Shown: positions 7,491-17,808 of the stretch, one piece after another
Layout: every line of letters begins with the position of its first letter
How positions within the stretch are numbered: the first letter of the stretch is position 1
From: an uncultured Planctomycetales bacterium
GTDB lineage: Bacteria > Omnitrophota > Gorgyraeia > Zapsychrales > Fredricksoniimonadaceae
Direction of reading: 5' to 3'
Assembly (NCBI GenBank): GCA_964572155.1
Contig: CAZNDZ010000001.1
Location: 271,300-335,299 of the forward strand
Length of the DNA stretch: 64,000 nucleotides
Program-made: the position numbers and the translations under genes
The notes under the pieces: model-generated
What the model saw: only the letters and a program-made list of their open reading frames with translations
Told to the model about the DNA's origin: nothing
Databases searched by the model: none

Positions 7491-9221
7491 ATGGATTATT
7501 CCCGCGACATAGATAAGTTACGACACACGGCGTCTCACGTCATGGCTCAAGCTGTTAAAGAAATTTGGCCAGATGTGAAGGTGACGATTGGGCCTGCCAT
7601 TGAAAACGGGTTTTATTATGATTTCGATAAAAAAGAGCCTTTTACCGACGATGATTTGCGTAAGATCGAAAAGGGCATGTATCGCATCATTAATAAGAAC
7701 TTGCCCATGACGCAAAGCACGATCCGTCGCGAAGACGCCATTAAGAAATTTTCTGCCCAGAATGAAAATTATAAGGTTGAATTAATCGAAGGTCTTCCAG
7801 ATGCTGAAGTGTCATTGTTTCATACGGGCGATGAATTTGTCGACTTATGCAAAGGGCCACACGTTGCCTCAACGGGTTTGATCAAGGGTGTTAAGTTATT
7901 GTCCGTCGCTGGTGCATATTGGCGCGGCGATGAGAAGCGCCCCATGTTGCAACGCATTTACGGCACAGCATTCTTTACCCAAAAAGAACTCGATGAATAT
8001 TTAAAGATGCTCGAGGAAGCAGCCAAGCGTGATCACCGCAAGATTGCCACCCAACTCGATTTATTTCACATTTACCAAGAAACCGCCGGCGCTGGTTTAA
8101 TCTTTTATCACCCCAATGGTGCGATGTTGCGTAAGATCATTGAAGATTATGTTTGCGAACAACACTTGGCGCGAGGCTACCAACTGGTGCATACGCCAAA
8201 CATTTTAAAAGGCAAGTTGTGGGACATTTCTGGTCACTCGGGTCACTATAAAGAAAATATGTATTACTTTAAAGTTGACGACGAGGATTATGTGGTTAAG
8301 CCCATGAATTGCCCTGGACATATTTTAATTTATAAGTCCCATATTCGCTCGTATCGTGATTTACCTATTCGCTATTTTGAATTAGGCACTGTGTATCGCC
8401 AAGAAAAGGCAGGCGTTTTACATGGGTTGTTGCGCGTGCGTGGGTTTACCCAAGATGATGCGCATTTATTTATGCGTGCTGATCAGATCAAAAAAGAAGT
8501 CATGGATGTCATCGACTTTGTTTTTAAAATGATGACGGACTTTGGTTTTAGTGATTTGCACATCGAGCTCTCGACGCAACCCAAAGATTCTATGGGCAGT
8601 CAAGAAAATTGGGACCGCGCAACAGCAGCACTCAAAGACGCACTCGAAACACGCAATTTAAAATATAGCGTGGATGAAGGCGGCGGTGCTTTTTATGGAC
8701 CTAAGATCGATATTAAATTAAAAGACGCCATTGGGCGTTTGTGGCAATGCGGAACGATTCAGTGCGATTTGAATTTACCAGAACGTTTCGAATTGGAATA
8801 TACCGACGAGACAGGTGGTAAACAACGACCAATTATGTTGCACCGTGCGCTGTTGGGCAGCATGGAACGCTTCATGGGCACCTTGATCGAACATTACGCG
8901 GGCAATTTCCCATTGTGGCTTGCGCCTAATCAAATTGCGATTATTCCAATTAAGCCAGAGCACGAAGCTTTTGCTGAAAATTTGAAAAAACAATTACAAG
9001 ATGTCAAATTGCGCGTCATTTTAGATAGCCGCAATGAATCATTATCAAAACGCATCCGCGAAGCATCGGTCAAAAAAGTTCCGTATCAATTGGTGATAGG
9101 GGATAAAGAAGTTGCTACATCCCAAATATCGGTGCGATTGCAAAATGGCCAAGATTTAGGGGTCATGAGCGCTCAAGCCCTGATTGAGCGGTTACAAAAT
9201 CAGATTGTTGACAAAAAATAG
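7491..9221 (+). CDS. thrS: Threonyl-tRNA synthetase. It lacks the N-terminal TGS domain.
   Basis: Begins MDYSRDIDKLRHTASHVMAQAVKEIWPDVKV…, which corresponds to the second (editing) domain of ThrRS. Class II motifs and the anticodon-binding domain are present. The track ORF starting at 7383 runs through repeat B and is an artefact. Confidence 0.9.
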   Translation: MDYSRDIDKLRHTASHVMAQAVKEIWPDVKVTIGPAIENGFYYDFDKKEPFTDDDLRKIEKGMYRIINKNLPMTQSTIRREDAIKKFSAQNENYKVELIEGLPDAEVSLFHTGDEFVDLCKGPHVASTGLIKGVKLLSVAGAYWRGDEKRPMLQRIYGTAFFTQKELDEYLKMLEEAAKRDHRKIATQLDLFHIYQETAGAGLIFYHPNGAMLRKIIEDYVCEQHLARGYQLVHTPNILKGKLWDISGHSGHYKENMYYFKVDDEDYVVKPMNCPGHILIYKSHIRSYRDLPIRYFELGTVYRQEKAGVLHGLLRVRGFTQDDAHLFMRADQIKKEVMDVIDFVFKMMTDFGFSDLHIELSTQPKDSMGSQENWDRATAALKDALETRNLKYSVDEGGGAFYGPKIDIKLKDAIGRLWQCGTIQCDLNLPERFELEYTDETGGKQRPIMLHRALLGSMERFMGTLIEHYAGNFPLWLAPNQIAIIPIKPEHEAFAENLKKQLQDVKLRVILDSRNESLSKRIREASVKKVPYQLVIGDKEVATSQISVRLQNGQDLGVMSAQALIERLQNQIVDKK

Positions 9222-9284
9222 AAATTGAGGATAATAGGTAACCCTTGGGTAAGGGCTTATATTAATTTAGGAGGCGTTAACACA

Positions 9285-9797
9285 TTGAAGAATATTCGCA
9301 TTAATAATCAAATCCGTAACAAAGAAGTTCGTGTGATCGGACCAAACTCAGAACAATTAGGTGTCGTAGCGATCGCAAGGGCTTTAGAGCTGGCAAATGA
9401 ATATGAACTAGATCTCGTGGAAGTTGCACCAACAGCCGTACCGCCAGTGTGTCGGATCATTGATTTTAGCAAGTATAAATATGATCAAGAGAAAAAAGAG
9501 CGTAAGGTTAAGCGCAATCAGCACATTACGCAGTTAAAGCAAATTCGTTTAAAGCCGCATATTAGCGACCATGATTTAGAAACAAAAATGAAGCAAGCCA
9601 TTGCATTTTTGGCCAAGAAGGACAAGGTTAAGATCAACTTAATGTTTCAAGGTAGGGAAATGAGCTTTAGGGACCAATGGCGCGCGGTCTTAGATAAGGT
9701 GGTCACGTTGACCGCTGAACACGCGACCATTGAAAAAGAACCCTTAGCTGAAGGTAGAGTGGTGTCGATGGTTTTGGCGCCAAAATCAGAAAAATAA
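9285..9797 (+). CDS. infC: Translation initiation factor IF-3
   Basis: IF3 N- and C-domains (…EVRVIGPNSEQLGVV…PPVCRIIDFSKYKY…). A non-ATG start is likely: TTG at 9285, 10 nt after GGAGG at 9270-9274. IF3 classically uses an unusual start. The ATG at 9225 is probably too far upstream. Confidence 0.8.
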   Translation: MKNIRINNQIRNKEVRVIGPNSEQLGVVAIARALELANEYELDLVEVAPTAVPPVCRIIDFSKYKYDQEKKERKVKRNQHITQLKQIRLKPHISDHDLETKMKQAIAFLAKKDKVKINLMFQGREMSFRDQWRAVLDKVVTLTAEHATIEKEPLAEGRVVSMVLAPKSEK

Positions 9798-9809
9798 AGG
9801 TGGGGCAAG

Positions 9810-10028
9810 ATGGCTATCGGAAAAAAAGGTAAACAAAAAACAAATAAAGGTGCTGCCAAGCGTCTTCAAGTAACCAAGTCTGGTTTATTGAAGAAGCGCA
9901 CGGCCGGTCGTCAGCACATTTTAAGCAAAAAGTCGCGCAAGAAAAAGCGTCACGCTCGCAAGGATGGCTATTTGTCAGCAACCGATGCAAAGCGTATAAG
10001 GAGGTTGTTGCCATATGGTAAGAATTAA
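9810..10028 (+). CDS. rpmI: 50S ribosomal protein L35
   Basis: Basic 72-aa protein at the infC-rpmI-rplT position. Confidence 0.85.
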   Translation: MAIGKKGKQKTNKGAAKRLQVTKSGLLKKRTAGRQHILSKKSRKKKRHARKDGYLSATDAKRIRRLLPYGKN

Positions 10029-10446
10029 AACGAATGTTTATTCACACAAACGCAAGAAACGCGTTTTAGCTGAAGCCAAAGGTCAATTTGGTAATCGCAG
10101 CAAACGCTATAAAGAAGCAATCAAGTCTTTAACAGCGAGCAAACAATATGCGTATTTTGATCGCAAAAAGAATGCCGGCCATTTCCGTTCATTATGGATC
10201 GTGCGTTTAAATGCAGCCTGTCGTGAAGCTGGCATTTCATACAGCCGTTTCATTAACGGGTTAAAGAATGCAAACGTTTTACTCGATCGTAAAATGTTAT
10301 CTGAAATCGCGATCGCATCTCCCGATATTTTTAATCAAATCGTTGAGATTTCAAAAGCGGCAAAGCCAACAGCAAAAGCTGAAGCTAAACCTGCTGCAAA
10401 AAAAGTCGTTAAGACAGAAGCAAAAGCAAAAAAAGCTAAAGCGTAA
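10015..10446 (+). CDS. rplT: 50S ribosomal protein L20, with a Lys/Ala-rich C-terminal tail
   Basis: L20 core (…RVKRGVNARKRHKKVLKLAKGY-like…). It has a C-terminal AKPAAKKVVKTEAKAKKAKA extension. Confidence 0.9.
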   Translation: MVRIKTNVYSHKRKKRVLAEAKGQFGNRSKRYKEAIKSLTASKQYAYFDRKKNAGHFRSLWIVRLNAACREAGISYSRFINGLKNANVLLDRKMLSEIAIASPDIFNQIVEISKAAKPTAKAEAKPAAKKVVKTEAKAKKAKA

Positions 10447-10465
10447 TTCTGTTTAGTGTATAATA

Positions 10466-10508
10466 AGGGACAGTTTTCTATTTCAATAGGAACTGTCCCT
10501 TTAATTTT
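10466..10508 (+). terminator. Rho-independent terminator after rplT
   Basis: A perfect 10-bp stem AGGGACAGTT/AACTGTCCCT with a 15-nt loop, followed by TTAATTTT. Confidence 0.6.
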
Positions 10509-10513
10509 CAAAA

Positions 10514-11545
10514 TTGGAAATATCGATGTCGTGGAATTTTACGCAACTACAAGATAATGCTCGCCGAGAAGGTGAAGCGGTCAATAGCCCTCAAGCCCTT
10601 GAAGATTTTCGTTTAAAATATTTAGGAAAAAAAGGCATTGTGGCGGATATTTATGCGTCGCTCTCAGCAGCTGCAATTGCTGATAAAGGTGCGATAGGCA
10701 AAGGCGCCAATGATTTGCGCAATGTGGTTAATGCCATCTTGGAAGCGAAAAAGAATACGCTTGGTAGTCAATCGACGGGAGATGGTAAGATCGTTGATGT
10801 GAGCATGCCAGGTGTTGCTGCAACCTTGGGACATCGTCACATTTTGACGCAAACCATGGAAGAGATTTGCGATGTGTTTGAAAAACTAGGTTTTGTTTTA
10901 GAAGACGGCCCAGAAGTTGAGACGGAGCATCATAATTTCACAGGGCTTAATATTCCCATCGATCATCCTTCGCGCGATGCGTTTGATACGTTTTATTTGC
11001 AAGCGGATGACGCATCAGCTAAGGGAAGAAAGTTGTTGTTGCGAAGCCATACGTCTCCAGGTCAAGTGCGGGTGATGAAAGCACATAAGCCGCCGCTCGC
11101 GGTCATTATCCCTGGACGCGTGTATCGTCCCGACGCGGTTGACGCTAGCCACTCATTTATGTTTCATCAGATTGAAGGATTGTTGGTTGATCAAAATGTA
11201 AAGTTTTCCGATCTTAAGGGGTTGTTGACAGAATTTTGTCGACGATTCTTTGGGCCTAATGTCACCATGCGTTTTCGTCCTCATTATTTCCCATTTACTG
11301 AACCATCGGCGGAAGTTGATATTGCGGCAGATATTTTTAAAGGCACGGCCCGTCGGCCATGGCTTGAGATTTTAGGTTGCGGCATGGTTAATCCTAAAGT
11401 GTTTGAGGCGGCAGGATACCCTTCAGGAAAATATACAGGGCTCGCATTTGGTATGGGCGTTGAACGCATGGCCATGCTTAAATATGGCATCAAAGATATT
11501 CGTGTATTTTATGAAAATGATGTGCGATTTTTAAAGCAATTCTAA
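10514..11545 (+). CDS. pheS: Phenylalanyl-tRNA synthetase alpha subunit
   Basis: Class II core with FRPHYFPFTEPS and GLAFGMGVERMAML motifs. Confidence 0.9.
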   Translation: MEISMSWNFTQLQDNARREGEAVNSPQALEDFRLKYLGKKGIVADIYASLSAAAIADKGAIGKGANDLRNVVNAILEAKKNTLGSQSTGDGKIVDVSMPGVAATLGHRHILTQTMEEICDVFEKLGFVLEDGPEVETEHHNFTGLNIPIDHPSRDAFDTFYLQADDASAKGRKLLLRSHTSPGQVRVMKAHKPPLAVIIPGRVYRPDAVDASHSFMFHQIEGLLVDQNVKFSDLKGLLTEFCRRFFGPNVTMRFRPHYFPFTEPSAEVDIAADIFKGTARRPWLEILGCGMVNPKVFEAAGYPSGKYTGLAFGMGVERMAMLKYGIKDIRVFYENDVRFLKQF

Positions 11546-11548
11546 ATT

Positions 11549-13516
11549 ATGAAATTATCCTTAAATTGGCTTAAAGATTATGTAGATCCCAAGATCAGTG
11601 TCGATGATCTAGTGCATCGCTTGACCATGGCTGGGCTAGAAGTTGAAAGCGTGCACAGCGTCGGGAAAGACACGGTGTTAGATCTTGAAATCACACCCAA
11701 CCGCCCGGATTGTTTAAACACCATCGGTCTTGCGCGGGAGATTTCGGCGATTTGTGCAAAGAATTTGAAATTGCCGACGGTAAAATCATATAAGAGCGGC
11801 AAGACCACAGCCTTGTCTGTTGCGATTGAAGATAAGAAAGATTGTACCCGTTATATAGGTACACGCATTGAGAATGTTAATGTGATGGATGCGCCGGCGT
11901 GGATGACGGAACGCTTACAGGCTTTGGGGATTCGTTCGATTGGTAATGCGGTTGATGTGACAAATTTTGTGCTCATGGAAATGGGACAACCGTTACATGT
12001 GTTTGATGCCGATAAAATTGTAGGCAATAAAATTTTAGTGCGCCGCGCAAGAGCGGGCGAAAAGATTGTTACGTTAGATGGCGTTGAACGTAAGCTTGAT
12101 CCGTCGATTTTGGTGATCGCGGATGCGCAAAAACCCATTGCCATTGCAGGGATCATGGGTGGCATGGACACTCAAGTCACGGCGCAAACACGTAACATCG
12201 TGCTTGAAAGCGCGCAGTTTGAGATGGGCATTGTCCGTCGTGGATCTAGATTGCTTGGCCTTAAGAGTGATGCATCGTATCGATTCGAACGCGGCGTTGA
12301 TTTAAAAGGTGTTTTAGATGGCGCTAATCGGGCAACAGCCTTGCTTGTTGAATTAACACGAGGGAAATTTACAGCGCGTGTTGATCAAGGGCAGCAACAT
12401 AAAGACCAAGGGCATGTCATCGGAGTTAGTGTTTTAGATATTGAAAATTTGCTTGGAACGCGCGTATCAGCGACGCAAGTGAAGAATGCGTTGACGCGTT
12501 TGGGACTTAAAGTAGTGGTGGATAAGAAAAAAGGTTTTAAGATTACAACGCCCAGCTTCCGCAATGATTTAAAACAACCGGTTGATATCATCGAAGAAGT
12601 TGCGCGCATCATCGGGTATGATCATTTAAATGTTTCCTTCCCACATATTCAAGTAGCTAACATAGCGCCAGATACAAGGCCACGTAAAATCAAAAAGATC
12701 GTTGCTGATGCGTTGGTAGCGCAAGGCTTTAGTGAAACAATCACCTTTTCACTCATCAATCAAAAAGATTTAGAGAAAAGCGGACAAAGCGATTTGACCA
12801 CGATGCCATTATTAAACGCCCTAAGTGCGGAACATAATATTTTAAGACCCTCACTATTACCGTCGCTGCTAAAGGTAGCGGCCATGAATTTTAATCATGG
12901 TCAGAAAAATTTAAAGCTTTTTGAAATTGGAAAACGATATTTTGTCGATGGCGAGAAAAGCACGTTGGCCATCTTAGCTACAGGGCGACGCGGGCACGAT
13001 TGGCGCAACAATAGCAAAGACGTGGTTGATTTCTTTGATGTGAAAGGCGTGATGGATCAAGTGTATTCAAAACTTGGGGTCCCTGAAATGTTTGACGCTA
13101 AAAACATCGTTAAAATTTCGAAGACTGTTTTGCAACAATGGGATATTAAGGCAGGCGATGTATATTTTGTCGAGATCGATTTACATCCAATTTTTGCTAA
13201 AGAAAAACCTGTGGTTAAGTTTGAAGCATTGATGGGATTTCCTGCCATCCATCGGGACATTAGCGTCGCGGTAAAACGTGATGTGGCTTATGGCGCCATG
13301 GAGCAGACCGCATATAAATTAGGTGCAGATATTCTTAAGCGCGTTGATTTGATCGAAGAATATGTCGGCGATAAGATTGAAAAGGGTCAACGCGGTTTAG
13401 TTTTTTCGTTGGTCTACCAACATAAAGAGCGCACATTGCGTGAAGAAGAAGTTCAACAGGTTCATCAACGCATCGTCGAGGCTTTTGCCCGAGATTTTGC
13501 CGCCGTTCAACGTTAA
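11549..13516 (+). CDS. pheT: Phenylalanyl-tRNA synthetase beta subunit (655 aa, a short form)
   Basis: N-terminal MKLSLNWLKDYVDP…, B3/4 and B5 regions, and the C-terminal FDX-ACB region. It is shorter than the ~800-aa proteobacterial form, so the tRNA-binding OB insert is probably absent. Confidence 0.9.
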   Translation: MKLSLNWLKDYVDPKISVDDLVHRLTMAGLEVESVHSVGKDTVLDLEITPNRPDCLNTIGLAREISAICAKNLKLPTVKSYKSGKTTALSVAIEDKKDCTRYIGTRIENVNVMDAPAWMTERLQALGIRSIGNAVDVTNFVLMEMGQPLHVFDADKIVGNKILVRRARAGEKIVTLDGVERKLDPSILVIADAQKPIAIAGIMGGMDTQVTAQTRNIVLESAQFEMGIVRRGSRLLGLKSDASYRFERGVDLKGVLDGANRATALLVELTRGKFTARVDQGQQHKDQGHVIGVSVLDIENLLGTRVSATQVKNALTRLGLKVVVDKKKGFKITTPSFRNDLKQPVDIIEEVARIIGYDHLNVSFPHIQVANIAPDTRPRKIKKIVADALVAQGFSETITFSLINQKDLEKSGQSDLTTMPLLNALSAEHNILRPSLLPSLLKVAAMNFNHGQKNLKLFEIGKRYFVDGEKSTLAILATGRRGHDWRNNSKDVVDFFDVKGVMDQVYSKLGVPEMFDAKNIVKISKTVLQQWDIKAGDVYFVEIDLHPIFAKEKPVVKFEALMGFPAIHRDISVAVKRDVAYGAMEQTAYKLGADILKRVDLIEEYVGDKIEKGQRGLVFSLVYQHKERTLREEEVQQVHQRIVEAFARDFAAVQR

Positions 13517-13534
13517 TCATATCGAGGAACACAC

Positions 13535-14119
13535 ATGAGAACAGTTGTCATTTTTGTATCCATGATGATGATTGCGAATCTTGCTGTAGCCGAAACGCTC
13601 AAAGAGCGGTTAAAGCGTGCGCGTGAAGAAGAAGCGAGCGTAAGCGTAAAGAAAACACAACCTATTGTTGAGAAAACAGGCGTTCCCCAAGAAGGCACAG
13701 AATCAAGAACTCCACAAGATCAGCCGCAAAGTCTAGAGAATTGTCCTAGCGACCCCCAAGTTGAAGGGGATGTTTCATATTACCGCGAATGTTATTGCCA
13801 AGCACAAACGTATCCTCAGATTGATACTGCGCTTAAGCCGTACGGACTGACTTACATTGCTCAAGGCATCAAAGAATTTGGCGATGGCCCAATACATAAT
13901 GATCCCAAAGAGCGCGCACAATATCGATATACTTGTGGCGTTTCATTGATGTGGGATTCAGAAAATGTCATTAAGTTTTCAAAGGTGGACGAGTGCTATG
14001 CCTTTGTAGATAAGGTTCTAGCTATTGTAAAAACAAAAAAGACACCATATCTTGCCACTTCTTTATATTATGGTTGTGGTCAACGCGTTGCATCAATACA
14101 AAATCCATCGACACCATAA
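13535..14119 (+). CDS. Hypothetical secreted Cys-containing protein
   Basis: A signal-peptide-like N-terminus (MRTVVIFVSMMMIANLAVA). There are 8 Cys residues. It contains no recognisable domain. Confidence 0.45.
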   Translation: MRTVVIFVSMMMIANLAVAETLKERLKRAREEEASVSVKKTQPIVEKTGVPQEGTESRTPQDQPQSLENCPSDPQVEGDVSYYRECYCQAQTYPQIDTALKPYGLTYIAQGIKEFGDGPIHNDPKERAQYRYTCGVSLMWDSENVIKFSKVDECYAFVDKVLAIVKTKKTPYLATSLYYGCGQRVASIQNPSTP

Positions 14120-14127
14120 TTTTGTGG

Positions 14128-14296
14128 TATAATCATTTATCCCTGCTAAGCACGTTAGGATTTGCGCTGTATTGAACCACAAAACTAACTCTAGGGAATA
14201 GGTTCTTGTAGACGCGCCTTGGCGGTCTCACACTTGTTCCCACCTGTGAAAACAGGTTCTCTTACACCAAGTTCGACGGCGGTGCGGGGTTTTTTA
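14128..14296 (+). ncRNA. Candidate small RNA or structured 5' leader. An extended -10 promoter, a ~150-nt GC-richer transcript with a GNRA-capped hairpin, and a T-tract immediately before rarA.
   Basis: TGgTATAAT is at 14125-14133. The hairpin CCTGT-GAAA-ACAGG is at 14242-14255. GGGGTTTTTT is at 14286-14295. There is no ORF and the RNA class is not identified. Confidence 0.25.
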
Positions 14297-14312
14297 TCGA
14301 AGTCTCACCTCT

Positions 14313-15623
14313 ATGAATCCAACACATCTATTTTCAAGCGATGAAATCCCCAAAGATGCGCCATTAAGTGCGCGCATGCGGCCACGGCATTTGGGGGAAT
14401 ATATTGGCCAGACGCATATGTTGGGTGAAGGAAAACTTTTGACGCGAGCGATTGCGGCAGATCGTTTAAGCTCTCTTATTTTGTATGGTCCTCCGGGCGT
14501 TGGTAAAACGACACTCGCTTTGTGTATTGCCAAAGAAACAAAATCCCATTTCGAAAAGATTAACGCGGTGGCCTCGAACGTTGAGGAAATGCGTAAGATT
14601 TTAGCTGGCGCACAACACCGACGAGCAACATCGGGTCGCAAGACATTGTTGTTTATTGACGAGATACATCGTTTCAATAAAGCCCAACAAGATGTTTTGA
14701 TGCCTGACATTGAAGAAGGCAGCATCATCTTAATTGGTGCCACAGTTTTTAATCCCTTTTTTGCGTTGGTAAGTCCCCTGATTTCACGGTCCCTCGTGTT
14801 TGAATTAAAACCACTATCTTGCGACGAGCTTTTGATCATGCTCAAGCGCGCCATTGAGGATAAAGAACGTGGCGTAGGTTTTTTAAATATTAAAGCAGAG
14901 GAAGATGCGCTGTTATTTTTAGCGCAGGCATGTGATGGTGATGGCAGGCGCGTGCTCAATGCGCTTGAGGTTGCTGTCATGACAACGCTCGCGGATAAGC
15001 ATAATGTTGTTTACATTAATTTGAATGTTGCTCAAGAGAGCATTCAAAAGAAGGCTGCGGTTTATGATGCGGATGGCGATGCGCATTATGATACGATTTC
15101 TGCGTTTATTAAATCCATGCGCGGTTCAGATCCAGATGCGGCGCTTTATTGGATGGCCAAAATGATTTATGCAGGTGAAGACCATCGTTTTATCGCGCGA
15201 CGCATTGTGATTTGCGCATCCGAAGATGTGGGCAATGCGGATCCAAACGCCTTGGTATTAGCCAATGCAGCGCTGCAAGCTGCAGAATTTGTGGGCATGC
15301 CTGAGGCGCGCATCATTTTAGCGCAAGCTGCCGTTTATGTGGCCTGTGCTCCTAAATCCAATGCGGTCTATTTAGGCATTGATGCGGCGATTGCGGATGT
15401 TAAAAACAAGCGGCTCGAGCAAGTGCCTGATCATTTAAAAGACGGCAGCTATCCTGGGGCCGCCAAACTCGGCAAGGCCCAAGGTTATAAATATGCCCAT
15501 GATTACCCAAATCATTATGTACAACAGGTTTACATGCCTCATCAAACAACCTACTATGCGCCAACCGATCTAGGTTATGAAGCGAAGATAAAAGAACGCA
15601 TGGACAAGTTACGTAAAAAATGA
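14313..15623 (+). CDS. rarA: Replication-associated recombination protein A (RarA/MgsA AAA+ ATPase)
   Basis: Walker A motif GPPGVGKTTLA, followed by the AAA+ and MgsA C-terminal region. Confidence 0.9.
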   Translation: MNPTHLFSSDEIPKDAPLSARMRPRHLGEYIGQTHMLGEGKLLTRAIAADRLSSLILYGPPGVGKTTLALCIAKETKSHFEKINAVASNVEEMRKILAGAQHRRATSGRKTLLFIDEIHRFNKAQQDVLMPDIEEGSIILIGATVFNPFFALVSPLISRSLVFELKPLSCDELLIMLKRAIEDKERGVGFLNIKAEEDALLFLAQACDGDGRRVLNALEVAVMTTLADKHNVVYINLNVAQESIQKKAAVYDADGDAHYDTISAFIKSMRGSDPDAALYWMAKMIYAGEDHRFIARRIVICASEDVGNADPNALVLANAALQAAEFVGMPEARIILAQAAVYVACAPKSNAVYLGIDAAIADVKNKRLEQVPDHLKDGSYPGAAKLGKAQGYKYAHDYPNHYVQQVYMPHQTTYYAPTDLGYEAKIKERMDKLRKK

Positions 15624-15641
15624 TAGGATATCGCCGTTGTT

Positions 15642-16190
15642 ATGAATGATAAAAGCGCGTTACGTAAACATTTTTTGCAGCTTTTAAAGCATCAAGGAAG
15701 CCAAGCGCGCCATTTGAAGTCCGCACAAATTGCAACGCAAGTATTATCCTTGCCAGCGTTTGTGAAGGCCAAAACAGTGCTGTTTTACGCTTCTTTACCA
15801 GGTGAAGTAGAGACTTTTGCAATGATGCAACAGGCGAGGCAATTGACAAAAAAAATAGCACTTCCTAGTGTAGATGAAAATCAAAAGACGATGCGTCCAA
15901 TATTAACCGATTCATTAGATAGCTTACAATCAGGCCCCTACGGCATCAAAGAACCAAATCCCAATGGATTGGCTTTAGATGTTGATTCGATAGATGTGGT
16001 CATTGTCCCAGGTTTGGCGTTTGATAGAAATAACAATCGCTTAGGCCGAGGCCAAGGGTATTACGACCGTTTCTTGTCTGGATTAAGCGATCATACGACA
16101 ACCATCGGTCTTGCCTTTGATTTTCAACGTGTCGATTCCCTGCCCGTCGAGCAACATGATGTTGCTCTTTCTTGCGTCATTTCTGCATAA
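15642..16190 (+). CDS. 5-formyltetrahydrofolate cyclo-ligase
   Basis: 182 aa with the characteristic GRGQGYYDR motif. Confidence 0.8.
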   Translation: MNDKSALRKHFLQLLKHQGSQARHLKSAQIATQVLSLPAFVKAKTVLFYASLPGEVETFAMMQQARQLTKKIALPSVDENQKTMRPILTDSLDSLQSGPYGIKEPNPNGLALDVDSIDVVIVPGLAFDRNNNRLGRGQGYYDRFLSGLSDHTTTIGLAFDFQRVDSLPVEQHDVALSCVISA

Positions 16191-16242
16191 CGTCTTTGTG
16201 TGAAGACAATTCGTTTTTCTTGAGTATTGAAAGGGGTTTACC

Positions 16243-17808
16243 ATGATTAGTGCGAGTGTATTATTTCTTGCGTTGTTTATCGGGATCGCCGGTATCGTCG
16301 GAGGGTTCTTTTTAAATCGCATCTTAGTTGGCCGTCGTTCTGCCGAAGCTCAAAAAGAAGCAGGGGATGTTCGGGAATTAGCCCGACGCGAAGCTGACAC
16401 CATCCGCAAAGAAGCGGAATTGGCTGCCAAAGACGCGATGATTAAAATGCGTCAAGAATTTGAAAATCAAACTAAAGACCGTCGCGAAGAATTAAATGCG
16501 TCGGAAAAGCGCATCTTGTCGCGTGAAGAGAACTTGGATAAACGCGTTGATCTATTAGAGAAGAAGGAAAAAGATTTAGCTGCCCGCTTAGAATCATTAC
16601 GTGATGGTGAGAATAAAGTTAAAGAAAAAACCGAAGAATTAGAGAAGGCCTTGGCGGAAGAAAAAGCCCGCTTACAAGCAGTAGCGAATTTATCACAAGA
16701 TGAAGCGCGCAAGATTTTGTTAGCCCGCGTCGATGAAGACATTTTAACGGAAAAAGCATTGCGTATCCGTCATATGAATGAAGAGATTAAGGAAAGCGCC
16801 GATAAGAAAGCACGTGAAGTGATCAGCACAGCAATTCAACGATGCGCATCAGATCATACGGCTGAGACAACCATATCAGTTGTGGCTTTACCGTCGGATG
16901 AAATGAAAGGCCGCATCATTGGCCGTGAAGGGCGCAATATCCGTGCGTTAGAACAAGCCACGGGTGTTGATATCATCATCGATGACACACCAGAAGCAGT
17001 TACCATTTCAGGGTTTGACATGGTGCGTCGTGAAACAGCGCGCATTGCGCTTGAACAATTGATTGTCGACGGACGTATTCACCCAGGCCGCATCGAAGAA
17101 GTTGTTGAAAAAGCGAAGCTTGAAATCGAAAAGAAGATCAAAGAAGAAGGTGAACGCGCGGTCATGGAACTTGGTATCCATGGCATGCACCCTGAACTCA
17201 TTAAGCTCGTCGGTCGTTTGCGTTACCGTACCTCATTTGGTCAAAATGGCCTCAATCACTCGATTGAAGTAGCTAAGCTGATGGGCATCATGGCGCATCA
17301 ATTGGAAGCGGATGTGAAAGCTGCCAAACGCGCAGGGTTATTGCATGACATTGGTAAGGTTGTTTCTTCCGACGTGGAAGAAGGCACACACGCCATTGTA
17401 GGCGCTCGTTTAGCACGCAAGTATGGTGAAACAGAAGAAGTTGCCTATGCGGTTGAAAGTCATCATGGTGAAGTTGAAATGAATACGCTGTTTGGTATTT
17501 TAGTGTCGGCTGCGGATGCGATTAGCGCTGCCCGTCCAGGAGCTCGTGCCGAATCCATGGAAACATATATCAAGCGTTTAGAGAATTTAGAGAAGATTTC
17601 TAATTCATTTAAAGGGGTTGAAAAGAGTTATGCGCTCCAAGCTGGTCGCGAGATCCGCATTGTGGTCACCCCAGATAAGGTTAATGACGACGAGGCCGTT
17701 GTTATGGCCCGTGACATCCGTAAAAAGATCGAAGAGGAAATGGAATATCCCGGACATATCAAGGTCATGGTGGTTCGCGAAACACGCGCCATTGAATATG
17801 CAAAGTAA
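16243..17808 (+). CDS. rny: Ribonuclease Y
   Basis: N-terminal TM helix and a coiled-coil, followed by a KH domain ([15 protein letters not shown]) and an HD domain (HDIGK…). Confidence 0.9.
   Translation: MISASVLFLALFIGIAGIVGGFFLNRILVGRRSAEAQKEAGDVRELARREADTIRKEAELAAKDAMIKMRQEFENQTKDRREELNASEKRILSREENLDKRVDLLEKKEKDLAARLESLRDGENKVKEKTEELEKALAEEKARLQAVANLSQDEARKILLARVDEDILTEKALRIRHMNEEIKESADKKAREVISTAIQRCASDHTAETTISVVALPSDEMKGRIIGREGRNIRALEQATGVDIIIDDTPEAVTISGFDMVRRETARIALEQLIVDGRIHPGRIEEVVEKAKLEIEKKIKEEGERAVMELGIHGMHPELIKLVGRLRYRTSFGQNGLNHSIEVAKLMGIMAHQLEADVKAAKRAGLLHDIGKVVSSDVEEGTHAIVGARLARKYGETEEVAYAVESHHGEVEMNTLFGILVSAADAISAARPGARAESMETYIKRLENLEKISNSFKGVEKSYALQAGREIRIVVTPDKVNDDEAVVMARDIRKKIEEEMEYPGHIKVMVVRETRAIEYAK

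Noticed and set aside
14140-14296. Calling the rarA-upstream element tmRNA, SRP RNA or RNase P RNA.
   Set aside because: It is too short for tmRNA or RNase P RNA. It has no tRNA-like 3' end, no SRP domain-IV GGAA/AGCAG motif and no RNase P P4 elements. It is left as an unclassified candidate.
14294-14980. 228-aa minus-strand ORF.
   Set aside because: It lies entirely antisense to the well-supported rarA gene and has a Ser/Ala/Arg-rich low-complexity translation. This is a typical shadow ORF.
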